A stretch of 64,000 nucleotides of DNA from contig JAPETS010000010.1 in assembly GCA_026023565.1 (NCBI GenBank), positions 248,001 through 312,000 of the forward strand. Reading direction: 5' to 3'. The first letter of the stretch is position 1. Each line of letters opens with the position of its first letter. The notes under the pieces were generated by a model that did not search any database, was not told the DNA's origin, and saw only the letters and a program-made list of their open reading frames with translations. This DNA comes from Cirrosporium novae-zelandiae (Eukaryota). Position numbers and translations under genes: made by a program. Positions 27,270 through 39,257 of the stretch are shown one piece after another.

Positions 27270-27287
27270 CGGAATATGTCGTCTCCG
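27270..27287. promoter_or_regulatory. CGG-N12-CCG Zn2Cys6 site (AtrR-type) upstream of HMG-CoA synthase
   Basis: CGG AATATGTCGTCT CCG, followed after 1 nt by ATCGTATG, about 510 bp upstream of the ATG of a sterol-pathway gene. Confidence 0.45.
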
Positions 27288-27659
27288 TATCGTATGTCTT
27301 CGAAAGTCTTTATTTTCTGGAGTTTAAAAAAACATCAATGTACTTCGACTTTTCAAAGAGCTCCCTCAACAAATAAACAAGACAAGAAAGCAGCATCGTC
27401 GACTATCCTCTCTCCCCTCCGGATTTGTGGTTTAATATTTAGTTATACTTGACAGGATTTTACTTGTCAGGAGCAATAGAAATCAGTGGTATGTATTGTT
27501 CATTGTTGATATGTAGTGTTGTTGTTCTCTGCCTCTACAAATTGTTTTCTTTATCTCAAAAAGATAATCAACCTTTTTGTCGGCATTCACAGGTCCCCAC
27601 CATCCCCCCTTTGGTCACCGCTCGTTGTCACAAACCCCCCAAGCCAAAGTTTAAGGCCT

Positions 27660-27669
27660 ATCACCCCAC
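27660..27669 (+). promoter_or_regulatory. Sterol regulatory element (SREBP/SrbA site)
   Basis: Exact ATCACCCCAC about 125 bp upstream of the HMG-CoA synthase ATG. Confidence 0.6.
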
Positions 27670-27793
27670 GGACATCTTAGCGATATTCAACACCACCAAT
27701 CTCTTCTCCACAACTCCACTCTTTTGGATAACTACTTGGAACTTCGTGACTGATTGAGTATTCCTTTATAGAATCTCCTCTCAATTATTCATC

Positions 27794-29363
27794 ATGAGTT
27801 CCCGACCTCAGAATATTGGCATTAAAGCCATTGAAATTTATTTTCCCAGCCAGGTTTGTTCACAGCCCAGCAGGTATCCAGATATCGATACTGATAATGT
27901 TGCATACAGTGCGTCGATCAGGCCGATTTGGAAAAGTTCGATGGCGTCAGTCAAGGAAAATACACAATTGGTCTTGGACAGACCAAGATGAGCTTCTGCG
28001 ATGACCGAGAAGGTACACGCATACTCAAGTTGCTGCATATCGCCCAATCACCGTGCTAATATCACGTCCAGACATCTATTCTCTTTCCCTGACAGTCGTT
28101 TCCTCTTTGATGAAGAAGTACTCGGTTGATCCAAACTCCATTGGCCGTTTGGAAGTAGGCACAGAGACCCTCCTTGACAAATCCAAATCTGTCAAATCGG
28201 TCCTGATGCAATTGTTTGGCGACAACACCAACATTGAGGGTGTTGATACAGTCAATGCGTGCTACGGTGGTACCAATGCTCTTTTCAATTCTCTTGCCTG
28301 GGTAGAATCATCTGCATGGGATGGCCGAGATGCCATTGTCGTTACTGGTGATATTGCGTTATACAAGAAGGGTGCTGCTCGTCCAACTGGTGGTGCTGGT
28401 GTTGTTGCTATGCTTGTCGGCCCAGATGCTCCTCTTGTACCAGAACCAGGTCTCAGAGGAAGCTATATGAAGCACGCGTATGATTTCTACAAGCCTGATT
28501 TCACTAGCGAGTACCCAGTAGTGGACGGTCACTTCTCCCTACAATGCTACACTGAGTCGGTTGATGCCTGCTACAAAGCATACAATGCCCGAGAGAAGGT
28601 GTTAGTTGACGGTAAAGTTAATGGTTACGCCAATGGCCATGTCAATGGCATCCACGACTCCGCCGAGGAAGACTTGAAGACCCCTCTCGACCGGTTCAAC
28701 TATGCACTTTTCCACGCCCCTACCTGCAAACTGGTCTCAAAATCATACGCGCGTATGTTGTATAACGATTTCCTTGCCAACCCAGAACACCCAGCTTTCA
28801 AGGATATCCCGGCCGAACTCCATAACGTCGAATACCAGAAGTCTTTAACCGACAAAGTCGTCGAGAAAACCTTCATGGCTCTAACTAAGAAGCGATTCAA
28901 TGAGCGAGTTCACCCAGGTATTCAGGTCGCAACACTTTGCGGTAACATGTACACCGGAAGTCTTTACGGTGGTCTCGCTAGCCTTCTCACGTTTGTCCCA
29001 GCAGAGAATCTGAAAGGAAAGCGAGTAGCTTTATTCAGTTATGGCAGCGGTCTTGCCAGTTCTCTGTTTAGTTTGAAAGTAGTTGGCGATGTTAGTGAAA
29101 TGGCACAGAAGTTGGATCTCAAGACCAGATTAGATGCACGTCGGGTGGTAGCATCAGAGGTTTATGACGAGGTAAGGATTCCCGAATTCCAAAATACTCA
29201 CAATACGATTAACACAGTATAATAGATGTGCGTTCTCCGCGAACATGCCCATCTTCAGAAAAATTTCGATCCCAAAGGCAACTCCGAGACCATCCAATCG
29301 GGAACATATTACCTCACTCACGTCGACGACATGTTCCGTCGAAAATACGAGATCAAGGTCTAG
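27794..29363 (+). CDS. ERG13: Hydroxymethylglutaryl-CoA synthase, four exons
   Basis: [46 protein letters not shown], catalytic [26 protein letters not shown]; last exon ends [13 protein letters not shown]. Confidence 0.97.
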
Positions 29364-32300
29364 GCCTTACCAAATATTCTCCTGCCAGCTTCTTCCCCGT
29401 TCTTGCATATAAGATTCCCCATTTCGGTTTGGATGCGACGAGAGAAAAATGCATATCAATATAGATCTCACTTCATCATGACGATCTAATCATTCCAGCA
29501 AGGAGCTTTTAAACTCCAATCCTTATCTTAACCATCACCCACCCACAATCACCCCCGCACGCTTTTTTTTTTTGAAAATGGGAAAGATACCACGTTATTG
29601 CATGCATGCATTACATTAGATAGGTTGTATTGAGGAAGGAAGATGGAACATGACTCGTCCCCACCTACAACCTATCTTTATATACGAAGCTCTAGTACCC
29701 CCCCGATAACCATAACCATAATACATACATACATAGACAATACCAAAAAAATTACCATTATCAATACCTCCACCCCTCTACTCTCCATAAGCAGTCACTA
29801 TGACATACATACCACCCTTAAACACCCGTTCAACCCATGTATTCACCCACCTATCCACCCATCCAACTTCCAAATCCAATTCCGATTCCGATTCAATAAA
29901 AACCATAGTAAACCCACAAAAAAAATACAGCACCAGCAGCCAGTACAGTAACCCAATAAGCCAACAGTACTCGAGTAGTTACCCAAACCTCCGGGTTTGG
30001 GGGTGCCCTGACACAACCCTTGGGTGAGTGACGGGCCGTGCACGGTCCCAGCCGGAAGCAAAATCCGGACAAGACTCGAATACAGCACCTACTCTAAAAA
30101 AAAACATGAACATGCGTGGTCCTTGCATCTGAGACAAGACCAATACCGACACCAAAACAAAAGGGAAAACGAAAAAGAAAAGGGAGAAAAGGGAAAAAAG
30201 GGAAAAGAAAGTTCCCGAAACCCCCCATGTGATTGTGATTGTGATTTGTGATTTGTGATAGGGGAGGGCTTGGGCTTGGCGTCGGGAGCTTTGAGGGACT
30301 TGCTTGGGTGCTTGGGGGGGCGGCTTAGCTTGGGCTTGGGCTTTGGGCTTGGCTCCAAATGTCAAATGTCAAATGTGTCAAATATGTCTGTGGTCTGTCT
30401 ATCTGTCTAATGTGCAGTAATTACATGGTAGATATGCATTGCATAGAGTTAGGAGGGATCGATGTAATTATAGGTATTTTTTGTTTTTCAACGTTTTTAA
30501 CCGATTGTACATGTACTCGAGTGGTAATAATAATAATTGCCTTGTCCTATAAGTAGACGCCATCATTTCATATTTAATTTATTTACCCACGTGGTGGTAC
30601 ACCGGGGGGGGGGGGGGGAAGGGGACATGGCATCGCACAAATGAAAAAAAAATAACAGGGAAAATTCAATAATTGATAAGCAGATTTCATATGGATAGGA
30701 TAGTTGGATGGGTGTGCTATCCCAACCAACCTCAACACTCGTAGGATACTTGGATACTTGGATTCTGGATTCTAGATTCTAGGTGGTAAATAGTTAGAAA
30801 GACAAAAAAAAACAAGAAAAAGAAAAAAAGGTTCTCATCCTATCCAATGCTAATTAACATTTACTCATTTATTCATTTATTCATTACATTACAGTACATT
30901 ACATCATTATATTTTTTAAAAAAAAAAAACAAGAAAAGCAAAGTTAAACTAAATCTAGGTAATTACTATATGATACATGTTACAATAATAGAAGTAACTT
31001 ATTTTATTTTGCCTTAGGGCTTAGGCGACATGCGGAATGATACAATATCTACAGTTAGAAATGAATAGCTAAACTAGGTAATCATCATCATCATCATCAT
31101 CGTTTTATTTACTTTACTTCACCTTAAACTTACAAGACCTGTCTGCCAAAGTTCTTAGCATTTCTTAATTCCTTTCTTATAATTCAAAAAAACCCTCAAC
31201 AAATCCATACATACATAAAAGGGGGGATAAGTTAAATAACTAAGTAAATAAGTAAAAGTTAGAACTACCTAGGGTAAGTTAATTAATTAGAAGTAATTAA
31301 ATGTTTTATCCCTTTTTATCTCTCTCTCTCTCTCGTATTTATTTATCTCGTACCTTACTCGTATAAATTCCCGTATAGATTCCCGTACCCGTATAGAATT
31401 CAATTTACTCGAGTACGAAAGAAAACATCCGAACGGAAACGGGAACGAAGAAAAGGTTCGGGAAATAATTAATTAGTCCCCGAGTACGATGGGAAATGAA
31501 ATAAATATCTAGGTAAAATAAAAATAGAATACGCTCATACACTTCACTTCACTTCGCCTTACACATGATAGATATATTTAATACTTTACTTTACCGTTCA
31601 ATTATTATTATGTACTATCCCTTTTCCTCTTCTCTTCATTTCCTTCTCCCTCCCCCCCACCTCCACCTCCACCTCACTCACTCATTAACTTATCAAAACA
31701 ATAAAGAATCATATATATATATACTATCATGTGTCCTATTACCCAATCCGAAACCCCCTCTCCCCCCTCCCCCCCCAAAAAATAAACATAGTATATTAAT
31801 TAATTAAATTAGTTTAATAAGAACTTTAAAAATTTGCTCACTTTTTCTGGGCTGGGCTACTTAGGGCATAATTAACACCCCATGCACGGCACATACTCAG
31901 TAGGATGCACGGATGTGTCGGTATTGTCGGGACGGGAGTGGGTGGGACTTGTTTTTCATGCGTGTTTACTTGTGTAGTTCCGAGTGATTTAATTTAATTT
32001 CCATGCTTTTCTTGGTGGTGGTTGATATATAAACGGGTGTGGCGTGGTTTGCTTTACTCGGCTAGCTTTGCTTTGCTGCGCCGAGTTGTGTGTGCTATGT
32101 CCTATGCGCTATGTGCTGTGCCACCACAAACAAACAATAGTGCAAGGAAGATGGAGGGGTTTTTTTTTCTTGTTGCTTGTTTTGGGTGGATGGATGGATG
32201 GGTGGATGGGAGAGAGGAGAGAAAAGCCCTAGATTTTGTCAGCCAGGCAAGTCAGGCAGTCGTTGCGAGGGGTGAGTGAGCAAGTAAAGAAAGGTAGGTA

Positions 32301-32452
32301 AGTAAGTCAACCAATCTGTTTTTCCCCCTCCCTTTCTTTCCTCCTCCTTCTCAACAACCTCAAAGAAAACCCCTAGAGAAAAAAGAGAAAAAAAAAAGAA
32401 TATCATCTACCACCTTCATGCATATCAACAAAAAAAAACAAAAAGAAAATCT

Positions 32453-32565
32453 TAGTCCGGCCGAGGATCGAACTCGGAACCTTCTCGGATCATTTACTAG
32501 GAGTAGATGTATTCACCTTGGAAAACCTTGTGAACGAGAAATCATAACCATTAGACCACCGAACT
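32453..32565 (-). tRNA. tRNA-Val(CAC) with a ~40-nt intron
   Basis: Reverse complement folds: acceptor AGTTCGG/CCGGACT, A box TGGTCTAATGG, anticodon stem TCTCG/CGAGA with TT-CAC-A then the intron, T arm CCGAG-TTCGATC-CTCGG; T runs downstream. Confidence 0.92.
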
Positions 32566-34515
32566 CGGATTCATGCTTGGATTACATGTATTGGTTGAGA
32601 AAGGTGGGGAGACTTTGGATTAATTATTACCTGTGAGTGTGTGTGTGGAAAAATAGTTGGATGCGAATTTGGTTGAAAAATGAAAATGCACGTGGTGGGG
32701 AGGAGGGATTAGGTTTTTTAGGTAAGGTTAGGTTTGGGATGCGACAACTGAACTTGTGATTGGCGAGATTTTTAAGATTTTGACAGCCCTGAAAGCTCGT
32801 GGCTTAATGGACGTCCTTGGTATGAGATAACGTAAAAAAGGGTTGCACTGGTGGTAAGGTAACAAAGCAAAAGGTAAGCATACTCAGTACAACCATAAAA
32901 TTCTTAATTCCTTACCCCGAAGTTAACCCGGTCCAGTTCTTTACCCCATGACCGTTTCACGATTTTCCCTTTCAAAACGTACCAAGAATTCATGCATAGA
33001 TATTAACTAATAATTAAGAAAGTTGTTTAAAATTTTGTGGGGATTTCCTATTTCGTTCTTTTTTTCTTTCAGATCGGCAGGAGATGCACACATTAGATGG
33101 ATACCTATGCAAGTCTCGGAGGAGTTTCACCAAGGCGTTATACCGTGTACTGTGTTTGCGATGGGGTTATTAACTATAACTTGTGGGTTCTAGAATAGCT
33201 AGGCTAGTTTGACTTCTTTGGATTAAATTGGGTTGAATCGAATTTCCTATTTGGTTACTGAAAGGTATGAGAAAGGAAAAGGAAGGGTAACTCGATTCGA
33301 GATTTTTTTGTTTTGGCAAGGGTGGAGTTTTGGATTGCATGAGGTGATGGTGGAGTAACTGCTGTGCTTTCACTTTTACCTTACCTTACTTACGGGAACT
33401 TACTAGGTATCGGAATAGGTATGTGGAGGACAGGCCAGACCTGACCTGACCTGACCTGATAGTGAAAAGGGCTTGGATTGATCGTCTCGTCTTGGTGGGT
33501 TTTGGCTTGAGAGGGGCCCAGCTTGTGGACCATGGACCATGGATAGTCTTGTTGGGATTTTATGAGGTAGTGTTGGTGTTGGTAATTGACTTTTGAAGGG
33601 AGAGAGGGTGGAGTGAGATCAGAGGGTATGGTGTGAGTGTTGGTCTTATATTCAATAACGAGTGGCTGTGTTATGTATCCTTCATACAATTGGTACTAGG
33701 TAGGTAGGCCACTACTATGTTATTTAGCTCTCTCGCACAATTCAGCTATTGGAAATATAGAAGGAAGACTTTTAAAAGTAAGAATATTCATCAATTCGTA
33801 GTTAGAGGGCTTCAGGTGGGATGGAGAGTTGATTCAAGTCAACTTTTTTATTCCAGGTTGTAGAGGGCCTTTATGTCTACAATATATTATGTTGAGGCTT
33901 CCGTGTATGGTGGGCGACATAATAAGGGAATAGATCCCAATGGCATGGCCTGGATTATATAAGGTATACAGTAGAAGATAATGAAGGCACTTCAGCACTT
34001 CACATGTTTTGAAGGACGCAAAGCTTGTGTAATAACCACCAATAATCGTTAGATATAATATAATTCAACATCTAATGCTTTTGAGAACATGTCAGCGACA
34101 ATGGATATGAGACATCTCTGTTGGCCGTAGCATATAAATAAAATAATGCGGAGCACTTCAATTGATCGAGTGCTATACATCTCCAGACCAACGTATACAA
34201 CTCAAAGTCTTCATAAAGATCCCAAAGCCATGCATATCATCTCCCCCTCAAATCCAAAGGCTAGACAAAGATATGACCCTACTCGCTCTGTAAATAGCTG
34301 CTGTTCATTGACCATACCACACAGGCCCATCCTTCTTTAAACACCCTATCTGCATGCACGCCATCTCAATTGCAGTTCAAATGTAAATACTTAGAAGCCC
34401 ACGCCCCACCCCTTCCCCTCCTTATCCCACCTACAAGAAAGAATCACCAGTCAGCCTCCCCTTCTTAAATCCTATACACCATCTATCTATATGAAAGTAC
34501 TATCCCACCTAGTAC

Positions 34516-36735
34516 TTACATCCCCTTATTTTTCCCGCTTTCCACCTGGACCTTCAACGTGTTGACCTCGTTTGTCAACTTCTCAATCATCTGGCTCTGG
34601 TTTGCCATGACCTTATTTTGTTGTTCAAGGACGGCTTTAATGTCTTGAAGATAGCCTTGAATAGGCTCAATGTTGGTTGCTGCTGAAGTTGAAGAGGTCT
34701 GTGGTACTGAAGTTGTTGGCGAGAGAATCTGGACAAGTTAATTTAAGGAATTAATATTAAAGCAGACAGAGTGAAAGGATTTAACATACCTTAGTAGGCC
34801 AAGGTTTTTCTTCAGGTGGTGAAGCCTTGATGGGAGAAATAGGTGCTGGCTCAGCCTTCTTAGGGGATGGTGGTTTATCTTCATGATACCTAGTCGAAGG
34901 AAGCGTTACGAATTTTTCGCTCGGCTTAGAGACCTCTTCAAAGCTGGAATCATCATTGACTTCCTTCTCGTCAGCATCTTCCTTGTCCGCATATTTTGCG
35001 GCAATATTGGCAATAGATCCCTGTTGTTCTTTCATGGTTGGAGGGGGGCTTCTTATTACAGGAGACGGCTCTGGCTCCTTCTTCGTAGGAGAAGGGGCAG
35101 ACTGTGCTGCTGGAGGTGGAGAAACCCTCTTCACTTGACCACCAGGCACCTCCTCGGGCTCATGGCCTTCGTAGACTGATTCGAGGTTGATTTTCGGAGG
35201 AAGGGAAGTCTTTCCAGAAAACCAGTCGCTAGCACCCATAGCAGGCTTTGAGCCTGTTGTTGGAGGATAGATATCACCCTGGAAGACCTCCGCCCTACGG
35301 GGCACAATAAAGGAAATAGGCTCAACATATGTGTCGTTGACGGTCTTGTAGGCACGCAGGACCTCGTTCTCGTGGACATTGACACCGCGCTTTGGAACGA
35401 AAGCAAGTCCTCGTTGAGGATCAGATGATTTGTATTCAGAGAGGAACTCAAACTTGTCATTCTCGTATTCAAAATATCGGATATTGCCATCACTGTATCA
35501 AATTAGTACCTTTTCTTATTTAATATAAGTACAATTGCTTACCCCTTTCCGGCCAGGTAGAGGCACTGAGTTCCATCATCCCAGAAAGGCATGCAAACGC
35601 CAGAGATCGAATCCAGAATTTGGAACCCTCCAACAGGCTCGTTGGGTTTATGGATATCCCAAAGTGCCAGCTGGCGGTCACTCATTTTGGAAAACCCTGT
35701 GGTAGCGATCCTGTCGTGTTCACCCATCCAAACGGCTCTACTGTTCTTTGCTCCAGCATGACCCGGAACCTCGAAAGCAGGCTTTTCTGACCGTACATCC
35801 CATACTCGTAACTTCTTGTCTCTTGACGTTGTAACGAGCATAGAGCCGTCGGCGCTCCATGAAAGAGACTGGACAATGTCATTGTGGTGAAGGTTTAATT
35901 TAGTAGAACCGGCCTCAATGTCCCAAATCTTGACCGTATGGTCGGCGGATGAAGATGCAAGAACGTTTTCGGCAGCGGGGTTGAACAGTACATGGCCTAC
36001 TTTCCTGCAATGCCGTCAGATTTGATTTATTTCTTTCCTAGATTCTAGACCGCCTACCTCTGATGGCCAGCAAGCTTCCCAACCGGAGCAACGTCGACTG
36101 GGTCGTGTTCGGGCTCAGTTTGTAAAGTGAACCCCTCAGGTACCCTCCATAAAAAGACCTAATGCAATCATCAGTGTCAACCCACCAGGATAACAAAGTT
36201 ATTTACCTTGGCGTCATCTGATCCGGAAGCAATCAAGGAATCATTGAAAGGGTTCCTACACGAACAGTCAGTTTCACATATAGTTTATTGAGGTCGGAGC
36301 CCTACCAGTCAGTGTCCAGCACTGCAGCAGTATGTCCACGAAACAGCGGGATTAGCTCTGGAGCTCTCCCTTTTTCGTCCAAAGGTATAACCGCAAAAGC
36401 ACCGCCACCGCTTGCTTCCCAATTCACTGCAAGATATTTCGGATTGGCCTATTTGTTTATCAGACGGTTGTCGAATCTTCCTATAGCTGAGGAAGGGCGG
36501 ACCTTGACTAAGTTGGTGTCCCAGGCATTTCTGGAGATGCGGAGGTTGTCATAGCATTGTTCCTGTTTCAAACCATTAGTCCCAATGATAAGAATTTACT
36601 TCAGACGGAGAATTGCATACCTTTTTCGTACTTCGACCGAAAACGTGCCCTGATTACTTTTTCTTAGAATCTTACTGATCATCTCGGTCTCCAAAACTTA
36701 CGATATTTTGAGGCACGCACGAAGCGACCAGCCAT
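34516..36735 (-). CDS. CRN1: Coronin (actin-binding WD40 protein), multi-exon
   Basis: MAGRFVRASKYRHVFG, CYDNLRISRNAWDTNLV, GHAGAKNSRAVW, LYLAGKGDGNIRYFE, VPRRAEVFQGDIYPPT, C-terminal coiled coil ending GKNKGM*. Confidence 0.95.
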
Positions 36736-39257
36736 GGATAAAGATTGAGGTTTGTTTATTTTTTTTTTCAAAGAAAGTTTAGTATCAACCAAGGGACGTG
36801 TAGTCGCTGTGAGGAACAATCCAAAATGATATTTCGAATAGATTGAGGGAAAAACAATCAGGCTCAGGACCACATAAGAGTTTCAAGACGGTAGGTGGTC
36901 GTTTTGCCTATCGTGGTCAAGTTCGTACGAGTAAGCAAATAAGTTTGGGACCTCGAGCCAATTGTAACGTCGGTCCGGACCTTAAGCTCTCGAACAACAA
37001 CAAACAACAAACTGATTTCTAAATTAGATATCTGTATCTCTTGAACTTTGATCCATCATCATGTTCCATCTCACCTGCATAAGATTCTATTTTTTTTATC
37101 TAACAACTCTAATGTCTTGAACTTCAAGTTCTTCTGATGGCATTCCGGCTAGACATTACCAAAAGCAATAAACAAAGCCACTCGTCCAGTACCTTTCTTA
37201 TGTTGCTCGTCCAACCTTGCTGCAAGATTTCTTTTCTCCTTGAGTCATTCAATGTCCATTATTAAACCTTAAAATTACAGATATTGTCCGAGTACATGTC
37301 ATTGATCCCATTTTTTTTAGAAATGATCGTGCTCACATATCTCCTCTCATCTTCACATATTCTTTTAGCTTTGTCATAATACTAACCTGGGAAATCAGAT
37401 ACAACCTGGATTGGAGAATTAATTCCCTCCAAGCTCTCATGCAAGTGAGCTGTTCTCGCACTATCAATGCTACATGAGACTTCCAAATTGTTCTAGAGCA
37501 ATTCTTGCAAGCCAGAGCCAGTGAGTCTTCAGCAAATTGAAAATAACTAATGTCGATTAAATGATGGGCTTGAGAACATTCTCAAGTATGAAAAGGTGGA
37601 ACCATTAGAAGGACATTCAACCAACTTCTAATTCGAGTAAATCTGATGGTGGATGTCTTAATTATGTTGGTAGATAATTATATTCTACAGGGGATCTAAC
37701 GACTCGAGGAATGAGAATGGTGCACGAGAGCCACAGCTTTACATAGAACAAAAATGTCTCTATCAACCTATATCCCAAATAAGTAAAGTAAGCCCTCAAC
37801 CCCCGTCCTCGGCCCATAGGTCATTTAAGGAATCCGTGAAAAGGTGGTTGTTATTCAGACCTCAAGAACTGAGAGACTTGCGTCAAACAATATGATGAGC
37901 TTCCCTCAAGGAAAGTGTCGATGATAAATATCATTGTATGGGGAGCATTGTATATTATGACCACGGCTTAGACAGGCCAGAACCTCTGGTTCTAAAAATA
38001 TAATTTATGTTCAAGGGAAAAAATGACAAAAAGAATACCCAGCTCACATCGAATTTATCTGAGGTATCCGAAACTCATCCAACCCACTACTTTGCTACTC
38101 TACTCTACGAGTGGTCCTTTATTCAAGGCAATCATGGGGGATTGGTTTCACAGGTCAGCTAGTCCACGGTTCAAGCCCGGGTTAAAGGTGCCACACAGAT
38201 GTGATTTGTGTGTGGGGGTGGAAGATCTCTCGACCAACCCGCCTGTTCGGTTGAAAATGAAGAACTTATTATAATATTTATAGGGTAGTGTTAACCCAAG
38301 GGTCACAGTTCAATTCTCAGGGAGTCCAAGCAAAATCTTTTTGAGCTAGGGGAGTGTGTTGACTCACGTACTGGACGGCCTCCCACCCTCCTCTCTCCCT
38401 CTCCCTCCATACTATACAATGCTAGGATCCTCAACAACCCAGTCATCTTTTGATAACTCAATTATGTATGTCCAGCAAGTCATCAAAGGTTATCACGACT
38501 GGCAAAGGTTAAGGACGAGCACTATCTATTGGAAGTTTGGAGGATGTATCATGTAAATTCTCTCCAAGTTCAAGGATACCAACATCACGTATGTCTGTCG
38601 TGACCTCTTTACATCTAGTTTAGCACATGTGAACGCTACTCTTTATATACCAAAGGAGGATAGAGAATTAATGGTTCCTGAAAGTTGTGATGAACTTTTG
38701 AAAAGGCGTCATACAATGCATGGTAAATTCAATGATGAATGCACGATCTCCGAAAACTGATGTATCCAAGGGCAGAACAAGAAGGTGATGCTACAGTACA
38801 TAGGTCTTAAAGACGACAGAACTCACAATTAGCTATCATTTCACATTAATGAAGTCTCAAGGTCTTGTTGATTTAATGATCGAAAAAGTATCACAACAGA
38901 TGGAATAAATGTTGGGTTACTTTTCTCTTCCCTGGCGATAACCCAAAATTAACCCTTCAAGAGCAAAGCGGCGTGAGCGGGTACAATCGGCCAGAGACAA
39001 GGATTATCAGCCCTACGAAGACATGTTTTTCTACACATCTTATGATCTTTGTCATTAAAATCCCAAAAGGTGAGGTCGGCAAGAAAACGAGTAGGGCTTA
39101 GGTCAAATATTTGTTCACTTGCTATTGCGTGATTTCGAAGCCATTCGTCCCGCTGGCTTTACCACCGTGATTTAAAATTGTTACTTTCTAGAGCCCCTCC
39201 ATCCGTATCCATCCCACCAACCTCTCGAGGATAATTGAATTTACAAACGCCGCGAAG

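Noticed and set aside
29998..30025. GGGGTGCCCTGA..ACCCTT resembles the 5' half of a TPP riboswitch
   Set aside because: Lacks CTGAGA and the whole P4/P5 half; no thiamine gene or host intron nearby.
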